From Phoronis australis (lineage: Eukaryota; Animalia; Phoronida): a DNA stretch of 64,000 nucleotides. The notes under the pieces are model-generated. The model was not told the DNA's origin, did not search any database, and saw only the letters and a program-made list of their open reading frames with translations. The DNA lies in assembly GCA_002633005.1 (NCBI GenBank), contig NMRA01000001.1, forward strand, positions 4,333,180-4,397,179. Direction: 5' to 3'. Positions within the stretch are counted from its first letter, which is position 1. Every line of letters begins with the position of its first letter. This document shows positions 47,997 through 61,770 of this stretch, piece after piece. The translations under genes were made by a program, and so were the position numbers.

Positions 47997-48310
47997 TTAA
48001 AATGATACTAAACCCCATTTTGATGATTTCAACCAATCCTTACTCAGTCACCTGCTAATGCAACTAAAACTGGTACTTTCGTGTCACCTCTATTGCATAT
48101 TGTGGTTATCATTGGGTGGTCATTCCCTTTTAATGTCCAGTTACTGCCTAAAACACGCTTGCCCGTGTAGCAGATTGTAAGGATTTTTCATATTTTGTTC
48201 CAAAGGTTTACGAGTTGTCGAGAGTTAAGGAACATTATTTTGTTTCAGAGAAGTGGACTACAAAGTCGCTTTTAAAATTTGTTGACAGGAGGAAACGGAT
48301 TTGATTGAGT
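47997..48310. mobile_element. Kolobok-like MITE copy 4 (diverged, right end eroded)
   Basis: ttaaaatgatactaaaccccattttgatgatttcaaccaatcc...cacctgctaatgca...cacgcttgcccgtgtagcaga. Confidence 0.6.
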
Positions 48311-51300
48311 GGTGGAATACTTTGTATTGTCACATTTTGGGGTATTTTCGCTCGTTGGCACTAACCTAGAGTTTTGTTTCAAGGTTCCTAAGTCATGTTG
48401 TAATCCATTGAAAGTGTCATTAAATTCGCACTTCCTGTCAAAAACAAGTCTTAGGCCACTTACCTTATCAATATGGTGTCGTATGATATTGTTCCTTAGT
48501 CAAGTATGGTGGTGTTTCTAGGTTAGGAAAGAACTGTAACTTTATTCTTGGTCCATTGTTTGACCTGAAATTTTATGAGCTTGCTCTGAAGAAGTGAACT
48601 GTCAGTTCTTTCCAAGTTCATAGGTCATACCTGTTTTGAATTAAAGTGCTTAAAACCACCATTTACATCAGTTTTTGGCCATAGTAGGATTAAAAACGGA
48701 CAATAGCCGCACAAATACCTTGTTTTGACAAGTGACTACATTGCCAGGCAACATCAGTAAGCATTCGTTAATGGCACTGCACACAGCAATCGTTAATTCA
48801 ACATCCCAAACGCGAGAAAATGGAAGAAAAGCGATTAGAATTGAAAGTTTTTTAGCTTTACGGACACGAGCGTGGAGTATGAACGTGCCGGGCACCAGTG
48901 TGCCATGTCCACAAACACGCGAGTTTCTTGTTCAAACCTCTGCCATATCGTTCACGCCGTGCTTGTTTATCCAAACGTCTATTTAGCTGATGGTGATGTC
49001 TGCTACATACATTTTTCTTGGGTGCATTGCAAAATCCCCAAACCCAACCAATGTGTATAAGACACAGATCATTTTGTTGAGAGGGAAATTTGTTTTTTGT
49101 CGTTCTTTTAGAAGTCGACGATTACTTTCAAAGGCTTCCAGTCAAAGTTAACTGAAATCGAGGCGGCTACACCTCAGCAGTTTCGTTGCTGAAAACCGTG
49201 AAAATGGCCGACGGGGGCCGGGTGTGTTGTGCTGAAAAAATGACTGACGAGTTCAATTTTGACATAAGTCTTAAGATTTGTCTCAATTTCCAAACTTTGA
49301 TACATCCACATCCTGTAAGTTAGTCGAACTTAAGACAAATCTCAAGTCAAAGTTAAGATAACTTTATTCTTAGAATGGTCGTAGGCCTAAGACCGTTGAA
49401 GTGTTATCTTGACTCGAATGGGACCGTGAGAATCGGATGGTGTACATAGTGCAGACTGTGTTGATTGCACGCCTTCTCACCGGAACTAGAAACGAAAACC
49501 TTTGACCAAAACACGCAAGCAAAGACTTCCTTGTATGATTAGTAATAGTAAAACTAAAATCCTTGTTCGGACTCCGTCTACCAACATTTTAATGTTGGTA
49601 GTTATAACTACCCTACTAGAAATTAGAATCTTTGCTAAATTTTTACTGGGGATTTTTTTCTATAACAGCCAAGTAATTTTTCCATATTGTTAAGGCAGAA
49701 TATTTATCTTCTGTCATGTTTACTTAGTCGATTTTTCTAAAAATTGATTTATTATAAAAATTCTTAAACCCAAGTGGAAGCTTGACACTGTGAGCAAGTG
49801 GTACAATGCTAACACTGCTGTGTCCGCTGTTGTGTTAGTGTTATTATTTCCTGTGACATTTGTCAAGTATAATGCTAAATAGACCACTTGCGGATTTCCC
49901 GAACTTGACAGAACCAAAATGGTCATCTTGTTGCGTAACCTTGCACATTGAGGTCTATAGCTGTGCACATGGAAAACCAGGATGAGGTTTACCAACTGAA
50001 ACTTCGTCCAAATCCGCCGGCTGTGCAGTAAGAGGCTAAAATTGGGCCAACAACACACCTTGCTTCTTGTCTCGCAAAAGGTATGTTGATATGTACCGGG
50101 CTGGGACTGAACATCGACGACGGGTTGCCTCCGCCATTTGTAGTCGGCCGTCAATTTTAGGTTTGACGTCAAAGACAAGTTAGAAGTAAGTAGTCATGTT
50201 CTGCGTATAGTGAGCTTCGACCCCTTGACATGTAGGATTTAGGGGGTTGCTATGCTGAAATACGGACCGTTGCAATGGTGACCAAGTCAAAATCAAATAA
50301 GTTATTTCAGGTTGAAGGGAAAATTCATGTTAGAAGCAGGTCAACTGTGCCAAGAGTACTTGGGTTGAATCTTTGTTGAAACTGTGGAATGCTGCCGAAG
50401 CTAAGTCGGGTATCATGATCAAGTCATTTTAGTGACCCGCCCTAAAACTTGAGAGTTTCTAAATGTGCACTGTTGCACCAATGACCAGTTATTTGGAAGT
50501 TAGAACAGAATAATTAGCTGCAAAATGTAATATAAACGGCGTAAAGCAAATACTATTTGTTCTATCAAAGATGTACCACTAAGACACTTGGAAATCCAAC
50601 AATGGTTAACAACATGAAATATTTGCATCATTTAATCACCAAAACCAAAGGCATCATGGCTGGCATGTGAAAAGCGGGAACACTATTTTGAAAATCCAAA
50701 AATAGGTGTCATGACAACCGTCAACCGTTTCGTTAGCAGCATAAAACGCAAGCAACAGATCAGACTGCCTCGTCTAATGTGTGCCATAGTTACCCATGCC
50801 TGACGCAAATCCAATAGTTGCCATAGCATTGGATAAAGCACATGATTCTTCTTGGGTTAGTTTTGACTTCAAACTTGCACTCTTTCCCAAATATTTTTAT
50901 TCTATAGTGTAAGAAGTTCACCAACTGTTCGTGTGTTACAATTACAAGCATTCTACTGCAACAAAATGTCCTGGCATAGTCTTGCTTTTGTTTTATTGCA
51001 TATCCACTTTGACTAGTAGGAATATTAGTCATTTTTCTATATTTCGCTTAAAATACGTTGATAGTGTTCGTTTGCGCAAATCCAAAATGACTAAAAAGTT
51101 GAAAAAAACGTATCAAAGAATTTGGCATGAAAAATCTTTTTCCATCTTCCCAAAATATTCACATTTCCTACTGCTATTCCCAAATCCTATTTCCATTGTT
51201 CTGAAACGTGATTAACTACATCGTTTTTACTTTATGTAGGAATTCATGAATTGGTAATAAAAGTAATACTGTTTCCTTTCGATTTTTAGTAGGCTTACTT

Positions 51301-53962
51301 TTTCAGGATTTGGTAATTGTGATGTCCTTGAGAATAATTTCACTTCAGATAAGTAAATTGTTACACGTGGCTCACGAATTCCCAGTGTACTAGATTGAAA
51401 TGTGTAATTTTGTAAGAACAACAGCCCAATATATAGTTCATCTCATTACATACCGTATACATTGAAGAACTTCCAACTTGTCAGTGCATTCCAAAAATTC
51501 CCTCTTATAGGGTCATGCCTTAATGACCTTATATTCGAATAAAAGCACATCCAATGTAAAGTTTTCTTAAGAAACGCATTCCACTTTATGTTTTCCATTG
51601 TAACTTTGCAACACCTGCTGTTTTGTTTTACCATTGAATTCAAGATTTTCATGGAAAGGTTTTAGCCAGTCAAATTGTGATGGTACAAATCATGGCTAAT
51701 TGGCAGAAAACACAAGCAAAATAACGAAGAAACTCTATATCCTTAAAGTTGAATACCAGCTTGTGGCCTTGTATTCTGGATCGTTGCATTCTTCAGAAGA
51801 GTCCTCCTAGCAAACGCTTTATTTTGTAATTATAATGCCATGGCCTTATATGGGACCACTTTCTTCAGAACTGTTACAGCGTGCAAATTTTAACTTGAAC
51901 CGTCGGAAATGTATGTTTATTTCTTTTTCAGCCAATTCCAGCTTTGCGCGTTGTGACAACACGAGTCTTTCTAGCCTTGTTGTAAGACATACTGACGGCG
52001 GCCAAAGGAATCGCTTGAGCTGAGGTGCCACCAGCAATCTCTTAGCATTAGAACAGACGACTATTAGCGGTGCTCAAGAGTCATGAGCCTAACATTGGTG
52101 AAACCAGAAAAAAAGCACCAGTGTACAGAAAAACCCCAATGCGAGTAGTTCTGAATCAGCGGAATCGAACATGAGTAGGAGACTGTCTCAGAGAGTGTTA
52201 CTCTGACACTTCCCGCTCTTGACTTTTGAATATAGACACAATTCTATGTTCAATACTGCAACGTTGACTAATAACAAGGGATTAGGCATTTGTTGCAGAA
52301 TTCGTGCGTAATTAAAATTACCAATTTGAACAAATAACATCAATCACAAGTGGCTCCTTGCAAGCAGACGTGCAGGAAGTTGTTCTCTTTACGTGACCTC
52401 GCTGTTCATTGGTTAGTGTACACCATATTAACCAAACATTAACCAATGAGAGTGGTGCTCACTTAATGACTTTAAAAATGGCCTACTTAGCTACCTCTTT
52501 ATCGTGTATCTTTAGTAAAGAGAATAATCCCAACGTAACAATATCGATAATTTGATTCGCAATGTTGAGCTTAGCAAGCAGTGGTCAGTGATAGTTTTAG
52601 ACGCGTAAGGTGTGTGTTGTTTGCTTCTAACATGACTTTGCCATCAAATCTTTATTTAGATGGCTTATCGGTATCAAGTTTTGGCCGGCTGTCTGTTATA
52701 AGAACGGGGAAGTGAGAGAACACAGTTTCCTCGGACCGGTTGACATTTTTGCAACTTTCTCACTATTCTCGCATTTGGTTTGAAGAACTGATATTTTTTA
52801 TTAATTTTATTTTTACAGACACATGTTCAAAATCTTTGTTGTAGCAAGGAGACTATGGCAAATTAACCAAAAACGCCTGCTAAGAAAAGGCATTGTTCCT
52901 CATGGATAGAAGTAAGCTCATTTATGCAAATTTAAAAATAAATTGATATATTTTGTGAAAGAAAAAACCTGCAAAAATCTTGTTCAATTGACTGGATTAC
53001 TTCACCATGATTATAAAATTAAGCAAAAACGGAGGTAAGTTAAGATTAGGATTTCAACAAAGTTGATTTTGGCATAAATATAAATATTCAAACTAAAATT
53101 CAAAAATACCCATGTAGTTTTTAACTTACTGTCTCGTTTTCGTCCGATGCAACTTTTGAATTTTCAGAAAAAATACCAAAAATCCTACTTTTTGATGGTA
53201 TCTTATACAAAATTCGAAAATTTGAAAAACAATGCACAAATAGTGAAATATTAAATAGCTATAGGCATAAATTGTACTATCTGAATGTTTTGTTAGAATT
53301 CAGCCAGCCATTCCAGAGACATGATTCCTGAAATTAGTCAAATTTTGATATTTTCCAGGGATACTCATACACTGTGTGAAATGCGTGGACTAATCGGCAT
53401 TGAGTGTTAATTGGATACCTTCCATTCTTCGATTGTGGTGAGTCAATGTACTCGTCACGACGAGCATTTAATATCAAGACCCCATTTCACTCGTTGCTAG
53501 TTGGTTGACAGCGCCTCGTTTGGTTAACAAAAGACAAGGTTTTATACCCAGAAGAACGTGCGCGTTGAAGGTTGACTGTTTAAGCTCCGATTCTTGCTTG
53601 TTTACTTAGACTATTTTGAGTTAATTCATGCTCGCGCATTTGGGTTTCAGGTTCCTTTTTATAATATTTATTATTGCCCGTTTACACAACGTGTACAATT
53701 AAATAGTTTTTGTGTGCACCGTACACTCTTGCGTTGCGCATTTACGGCGAGCAGATGTCATTCAAAACCGCAAATCGGTTTAGTCGGCGAATGGAGACTT
53801 CCAGTGGGAGGTGCTAAACTGTCAATCAAATTGCCCTTTATGAATCAGAAGTTCATAAAGGTTGGTGGAGATAGGTACCTTGCAGCCGCCTCCGTCCAAT
53901 CATCAACTCACCTGATAAGCCAGAGTTCATTCGATTGTACGTCGGCTCAAGCCAGAAGAACC

Positions 53963-54160
53963 ATGGCTGTTGACGGGGCACAGGTTTTCTCTTTGCTCAC
54001 AATTTTATCACTTTCCAGCGCAGTTCATGTAAAACATTTTTATCCATTTGGCCTGGAAAACGGCGACCAAGCACTTCCTAAAGCAGACGATCTCAGCTCG
54101 GGGAATATTCGTCTTCGAGCTCCAATCGCCTTTTACCGACAGTTGCACAGACGCTTATAC
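53963..54160 (+). CDS. First coding exon of a nidogen-like (NIDO-domain) secreted protein; the gene continues beyond what I can trace
   Basis: A signal peptide (MAVDGAQVFSLLTILSLSSA) is followed by FYPFGLENGDQALPKADDLSSGNIRLRAPIAFY...LY, the typical pre-NIDO N-terminus of nidogen/SNED1/tectorin-type proteins. A strong donor GTGAGT lies at 54161. I found no convincing VNxNG exon 2 in the window. Confidence 0.8.
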
Positions 54161-56932
54161 GTGAGTAGACGTTTGTTGTCATGTTATTCTATCACTTTAG
54201 CCTGTTTGGCCTGCTACACTCATCATCTTGTAGAGACAGGTGTATTGGTCGTTCTTCAATCTGACACCAGACTCATCGAAAGTATGCATCACTGTCGAAC
54301 ATGATGAAGAACGATTTTTCGAACTTACTGAGCGTTTTAATCATTCCGAGCACACTCTAATGGCATAGTTATCACCCGAGAAAATTCATCGTTCGTATTA
54401 TATTTAAAATTGTCAAACACTGCTCTTTCAGGGACTAATTTCCATTTTCAAAACTTTGCTTCTTGAACTGCATGAGACCGCGTTTATAACTGCAACCAGT
54501 CCAAGGAACCGGACCTACTTACTGCTTAGCCTCAAATTGTTTCTAATTATCCAGATGAAAGTGTGATTCCGGGATCTAATAGTAGTCCCACGTCCTTCCT
54601 CAATACCGTGCCCGGCTTGTTGAATCACAGGCCGTGACAATCCAACTTGTAGAGCCTAGTCTCTGCCAGTTCTTTCAAAGACCAGAATTACCGCTAATTC
54701 GACTGAGGAACAACTTGAGACCAATTTCGCTATGAGTAGTCAAAATCAAAATTTGTATTTTTATGGAAGCAGGGTGCTAGGGGCTTTCAGTTGTACATTT
54801 TGAGTGTGTTGAAAAATTTGTAACCACAAAAATTATCCAAAGACGAATCGAGATACAACGTACACGGGACTTTGTCAAACATTCATTTTGGTGGATCAGC
54901 CGAGTTCAATAGCTTATTGTCGGATGTGTAAATCAGTGTAAAATATAGCGCATTGACAGTGTTTATTGATTGTTTGATTGGCCTCGGATCGCGACCTAAG
55001 ATTTAGGTTACACCAGGCTTATAAAATACTTGATAGGTAATCAAACGGTCCCACCATGAGTGTTTCGGCTTGCTCATTTCTTATATACGATCATATGACA
55101 AGACTGAATCTGCTCTTATTGTCTGCGATGGAGTTCAAGTGGCGTCAATCGTCTCTGTAGGGCCTCCATTCTCGGATAGCCGTGTAGGCTAACAACAATA
55201 GTTAATGTACAGGTTCTTTGTGTAGGTACCTGTGCATCGCATGAACTTTGCACCCCTGTGGTTTGTTTTCACAAAAAGTTTATGCCAGGTTAAGCTGTCA
55301 GACCGTCGACTTGATGGCGCTATTCATTCTGAAAAAAGTACCACGGCAACAGGCGATGGTTTCGTTGCCTCAAATAGTTTCGCGCGTCAGTTGGCGTGTC
55401 GGCCAAGATAAGGGTTGTACGAACGCTTGGCCAGGGCAGAGTTCCAGAGACGCAAGAATATAGCAAAAGTAGCTAGTTTGATCATGTGCTGTGCTTGTTA
55501 TACGTGGCGACATCTCGCGACGTCCTGCATTTTCGCCAGAATCTCACCTGTACGGCACGACGCCGGGGTGGGGGGGGGGGGGGGNGGGGGGGGTCTGTGA
55601 ATTAAGACTTATGACACTTATGACAAAAATTTGACCTTACGCTCCACAAGTATTTCTTAGTAGTCTGATTAAAACTCACTTTAGGAAAAGTACCCGAGCA
55701 TATACCCATCACTGTTAGTTCCTGACTAAGTTTGTACAACTTATTTCCAAGCATTGATGATTATAATTACATGACTAAGCCCTTATTTGGAAATTGTGAA
55801 GTGGCAGCTTAGGAACAAAATTTCTGGCTTAATTCTAATATAGGCCTAGACCCTTCAAATCATCGCAAGCGCTGTTACCCCATCGGATGCTTTTTAAGAT
55901 GAATAAAAAATGAATCGTTCTCACGCCAATCTCACGCTTATCTCACGCTCAGTGTACTATTACAGTCTGCAGCTGCGTGTTGTATATTGTGCAGATAGTC
56001 TAGTTGACACAGTTCATTTTTAACACGATGTGATGCTTGCAGCTTACATGCGCGAAAGCCCCAAACCTATAAATGGATTTTCATCTGTCCTGTCGCAACA
56101 GCTTTTTGGACTGTTTCATGATTCTGGATGTATTCTTTTAATGTTTGCGTACTGAGGACGGTGCACACAAGTTGTTCTTCGGTTGTGAGCTGGTTCACGT
56201 CCCCCTCTCGCTCACGTGACTCATGAGCACTCTAAACACTCCAATTCTCATTTTCGTCTTTTGGGCCACTGTCTACACATTGTCTACAGCACCCGATTGT
56301 CGTATACCACTTCGTATCCGAGTTATTAGCTCGAAAAGTCGTGTCGGAACACTCGTGCATTCCGGGTTGCAGCAATATACGACAATCGCATACGACTAAA
56401 GCCCTAGCTTATTACCTCTGGTTAGTTTAATCAACTTCGCCTTAACAATCATGAAGGCAGCGGTCCAAAAGTTGCCGACCACTGAGGTGAATGAAAGTCG
56501 AGGGAAAATCGAACGTGCTCTATCTAAAACGACACATCACATACGACTTTTATCTCGAAATGTGTGACGTGTCCACTATCTCTCCAGTCAGTTGTATGTG
56601 ACTAACAATAAGAAATCGTGAACGAAGAATCGGATTGTGCCGACAGTATTTAGACTTATAGCCTGAAATGCCTTATTGTGATGTAACAGGGACCAGTTTA
56701 CGGGGTTCAATTACCTGTATGACTGAGCAAATATTTAAGAGTTGAGTGTCCTACATCACTATCAGCACATGTAAACAGTGAGGTCAGGTAGTATAATGGA
56801 CAGGTGTGAATAGAGAGCAGGGGTCCGGCTTGAGCCTATTCAGTAGAGTAGGGCTGACCACACTTGATATCTCTATGGGAATTGCTCTTTTGACTTTAGC
56901 ATTGACATCAGATATTGTATACTGCCAAGGTA

Positions 56933-57090
56933 GGCAGTGTGGCCTAGTGGGATAAGTGTCCGCTGCCTTCGTGGGTTCGAATTCTTCAATGGGGCAAACT
57001 GCTAGACCTTCAGGTCTCTCATAGCTCCCCATGAAAATGGTTCCACGTGGTCAGTGCAATGGGCCCACTTGAGCGGCCTGCACACGTCTG
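56933..57090 (+). mobile_element. tRNA-derived SINE-like element, copy 1
   Basis: A box tggcctagtgg and B box ggttcgaatt, followed by catgaaaatggttccacgtggtcagtgcaatgggcccac, shared with the copy at 58970-59168. Confidence 0.7.
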
Positions 57091-58969
57091 TTGCAACAGC
57101 CTGAAATTACTTTTTTAGTTTAAAAAACTATATTCTGACAAGACGCTCAACTCTGACTGCTGGTATTGAATATGCAGGCATCGACCACTGCAGGTTTTTT
57201 GTCCATATTATTCGGCCGTGTAAAGTAAAACATTTAAAATGCGAAAGTAGGCCTACAACTTCTCAATTTTCTCGTTAGAAATATTCAAGTTTCAATTTAA
57301 GTCCTGTCGCAACATTCTCCGATGGTATTGCCACAGTGGGGGTTGTTCACACAGTCCCCCTTTACTCGACTTGGTCGCACATGGCTTGCCGTCATTATAG
57401 AATTTATAGAAAAAATATAGGTTTATTCTTCAGTTTAAAGTAAGCATAGAAATCAAGGCTCGTGAAGGACGATAGAAGAATGCAAACCAATAGTGTTCGA
57501 TTTCTTTTCCAAATGATCTGTATGATATTGTCCTCATTCTAGAGAGGTTACTCGTCGCTTGTGTTCCAGGTGTTCACCAGGCTCTTCTCCTCTCGTACAC
57601 TCGGGAGATAGATCTCTTGTGTGCTCCTTAAGCCAGCTTTGATTGCCACCACCACCGGCGTCCTCAGCCATTTTCCACTGCGCAGCAAACAGCTCCTCGA
57701 TTTTAATTAATTCAACCACCGGTACAAAACCAACGTCGCAAATTGACGTCTTCTGATAAAATCAGAAAAACAACGGATTTTGTTGTTTTACTTTTAAACT
57801 ACCAACTTCAACCCTACGATAACTTCAAACGTTTTTCGGCCCAAGACTGACTGGTCTTTTAAGAAAACAAGTTCACTTGATATTCCGGTGTGTGAAAATC
57901 AATGATTTTAACAGTTGCGTCGCCATTTTGTCACTGATACGATGTTTCTACGAAATTACATTAAAATCCGCAAGGAAAGTCTAACGGTAAACTGACGCGA
58001 CAACTATATTCCAGAGATTGAAGGCGATTGTGAAATTTTTGTTTACAGGGAGTTAAACGAGTGTAACAGTTGTCAAACTGATTCAGAAAATACAGTAGGC
58101 CTAGGCCTATGTCTGCACGACATAATTCCTCATACCACCCAGTACTGATTGTTGGAACACTTTAGCAGGTCAAACACCACGAGTTTCTATTTAAATGAGA
58201 GACATCGGCGAGAAAAAGGATTTTCTGAGATCAGACTCAGGGCGGAGTATAAGCTTGATCGGCTCGATCCTCTGCGGTCTCGGACAAGTTCTCTGTTGAC
58301 GGAATTAAATCCCGCTTGATAAGTACCATCTCGCAACGTCTAGTACATAGTAATTCACTTTCCCCTGTGAAGAATTTTGTTGAAAAAATAGCAAAGTTCA
58401 CGATATTTGAAATACGCGAGAAGGAAAACCCTGTGGTTACCACGGAGTTTCTAATCTACCTCCCATTTATGATAAATGCGCGCATGCGCTCACAGTCAGT
58501 TGCTTGAAGTCGCTTGATGACAAATGCAACATTTTTTCATATAAGAGAGTTGTGCTACGTCTGTGTCTTGCCATACCAAATAAGGAGACGTGCTTTGCAT
58601 AATGGTAGAAAAATCGACTAAGTGGTGAGCAGTTGACAGATAGTTTTTCTAGAAATTTGAAACTAAGAGAAAATGCTTTGATATCAACAGAAATTAAACA
58701 TCTTTACGAACGAACAGTAAAAATACTTGGTGAGCAGGATGGATACTGTTTCAATTGCATAAAACCACTTTCAATATTGCAATCAATTTATTCTGTTTGT
58801 CGCGTTCCAGGCCTCCCATCGGCCTTGATTTCAGTGAATGTCTGGCTGACATCCGCCACAGTTGGTAATTCGTAATAACATAAAAAACACTACGGATTGT
58901 GTTGTTTTATTGCTCTCGTCAAGGCTAACTTCAAGAAGTCTGCCCCTTCCAACAATAATCCCTAAGGAC

Positions 58970-59168
58970 GGAGTGTGGCCTAGAGGGATAAGTGTCCGCT
59001 TACTTTACTCAAGATCGTGGGTTCAAATCTTAGTGTGGCACACTGTTAAACCTTTGAGTCAGGTCGCTAGCTCCTCAGCTCAGTCTTAGCTATACATTGA
59101 TAAAGCATGAAAATGGTTCCACGTGATCAGTGCAATGGGCCCACATGAGCGTCCTTGCGCGCGTCTGG
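58970..59168 (+). mobile_element. tRNA-derived SINE-like element, copy 2
   Basis: gtgtggcctagagggataagtgtccgct...gtgggttcaaatc...catgaaaatggttccacgtgatcagtgcaatgggcccac. Confidence 0.7.
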
Positions 59169-61273
59169 TACCAGGTGTACCAAATCGTCTGCAATATGAC
59201 AATGTTCCCAAAAATGCATTTTTCGACCGTAAACCCCGCAATGTCCATTGAAACAAGCTCTTGTATCCTTTAAAAATGTAAACCTTTCCTTTTTCCTTTA
59301 ATAAAAGATATATGGCTTCGAAGCAGCACAAAATGGATTTACGTGTTGTCCGTGGATGAAATTCCTGCATCGAAGCCTATTGTGTGTGTACCATTGCCTG
59401 CGGTATATAAAATTACGCTAACATTTGCTTTTTGTGAAATGTTGTTTAGAGTAAATTAAACACAAAATAAAATCTGAGGCATTGATAACCCTTAGTGAGG
59501 ATGATCAGTTTTCATATTTAGCTGCAGGACAACATTCTTACAGTCTGGGCAATATGCGAATTACATGTTGGGCGACCTAATGTGGTACAAACGACTGACA
59601 CCTGCTGTGAGTCTAAACATCACCACTCTAACTAGTGTCGCCGCCTTTGTCAAAGACTCGGTCATATAGTAATTATAAGTCACTAATATGTTTTGTCTGA
59701 AAACATACATATATGATTTCTCGACCATGAAAGATTCAAAAAGCTGACCCAGATTTTCCATTCCCCGTCATGGAGTTTTCTGTACGTCAAATCACAACTA
59801 ATTCTCGTTACAACACCACATGATTTGATCACTGCATTCAAAGACTACTAGCAACAAACAACGGTTGAGGACGACCGCAGTTTGGCAAATACATCGAAAA
59901 GAATTTTGGTCTTTGATCTGGGTATAAAAACCCCATGCCCTTGTTCTTGCATTTAAACGATAATCACCGATCAGATGTTCCGGGACCCCGATTAAATTTT
60001 GCCAGTGCGCGAGCATTGTTAGAGTATGGTAGGATACGCGGATCGCTGTGGTGTATAAAATACGAAAAATCGGTTGAATTGAACTTTAGCTGTATTATTC
60101 GCCAAACTCCGCTTTAGCAACATAAAGTGTAAAAGTTTACAAATGGTATGGGGCCGGGGTCTAATCTTTTTATTCGAAATGATTTTTGACATTTTTCCGT
60201 TCTACTTTTGTGCGAACTCGATATAGGTATCTCAGAGTATAAACTGTGCTCGAGTACGTTATGCTTCATCCTTACGAATTTCTTGTCCAAGTTTGCACTT
60301 GTTTGCCCTTAGATTCCAGGTTCAAGCTCGAGTAAAAACTCAAGAATTCGAGTAAAAAGATAAGGCCTCGGGCACTGATATTTTGTTTGTGGCTTACTTT
60401 CTCGTTTTACTGCAATTACTGTAAAGCACGTAGCAATATGTTGTTGTTGTTGTTATTTAAGAAGCGTTGTGGTGATAACAATTTATGACAATGGTAGCGA
60501 ATGCCACATGGCAATGCTAATCGTGATCTCATCTGTGGTACCTCACTAGTGCTCACGATGTAGACTAGAGTGAAAAATACGAGAACCCTCCTCGTGGTCA
60601 TAATTTCCTTCATGATGCATAGCTAGAATTTTTTCAAAGGTATCTAAATGCAACAAATTCGTGTTCAAACCGTGAACTGAAGGCACAGTTGGCCGCGGGT
60701 GCATGCACCGAACGTTATACTGTTGAAACTTCCTGGGTTGTATAGATGTTTGGGTGGCGAGACACAATATTGCTCTTTTTATACTGTTTGATAGGAAATT
60801 GGCCACGAAACGAGAACAAAAAGGCTTTGAAATTGTCAAAGGAAATTCCTTTACGTTGTTTGGTGAAAGCTTTTTCTCGTTTACTCCTGTAGTATTTTGT
60901 GGCACTGTGTTTCTGTCTACCCGTGTATATGTCTATGGTGTTTTGTATTGAATTGAGCATAATAAGCTGTTTTACACAATGTTTCCTTCATCTCTCATTC
61001 ACCTTGCTATTGGACCTACTTAAACCCAGCTAGTGGTGCATGTAATTAGTAACGGATGCCCGTGAACTATTCAGCCGTGTGTTTAATTAAACCCGATGAC
61101 TCTACGGAGGGTCTCACCAGGTGCTCGGGACGACATGTGCAGACTAGCATATCGTACGCGAAACTAAGATGAACCTTATGCGGGTCATTTTGTGTTATTT
61201 TTTAAAGAAGAAATCCATTGTTGCGCATATAGACGTGACACCTTTCATTGCATAAGTGAATATTAACTGCTTG

Positions 61274-61770
61274 CCAGTGCTTTTTGGATATATAATTTCC
61301 CCGGATCAGACGGGATTTATAAAAGGGAGATGTATGGATGAAAATATAAGATTGATCTATGATATTATGAATTTCTGTGAAAAAATGGTATATCGGGGCT
61401 ATTGTTACAAATACATTTTGAAAAAGCTTTTGATAGCTTGTCATGGAGCATTATAAATAACGTTTTGGATATCTTTAATTTCAACGCCTCAATTAATCGT
61501 TGGATTAAAACTTTTTATAATTGTCCGGTGTCATGCTCTGTTTAAAAGGGGTTTTCTGTCCAGAACTTTTACTCTGCACAGGGGGTGTAGACAAGGTGAT
61601 TCTCTTTCTCCACATGCTTTCATTTTATGTGCTGAAATATTAGCTATGGTGACGAAACGAGATAGGGAAATTAAAGACATTCAAATAGGAAATAATGAAT
61701 TTATACTTACTCAGTATGCTGACGATACAACGTTTTTCTTGGATGGTTCTCGGCGCAGTTTGGAAGCTAC
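61274..61770 (+). mobile_element. Internal L1/Tx1-clade reverse transcriptase fragment (frameshifted), bracketed by ~80-95-bp direct repeats
   Basis: IISPDQTGFIKGR..ENIRLIYD, FEKAFDSLSW, GCRQGDSLSP..FILCAEILA and QYADDTT (61715-61726). Confidence 0.88.

Noticed and set aside
53594-53962. Upstream part of the 236-aa ORF 53594-54304
   Set aside because: The signal peptide and homology start at Met 53963, and sequence after the 54161 donor is intronic. The extensions are incidental open frame.
56933-57000. tRNA gene
   Set aside because: A and B boxes are present but there is no cloverleaf. The shared downstream body in two diverged copies indicates a SINE.
57534-57719. Short minus-strand ORF MAEDAGGGG...
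   Set aside because: No recognisable domain or splice partner, and it lies within the presumed first intron of the nidogen-like gene.
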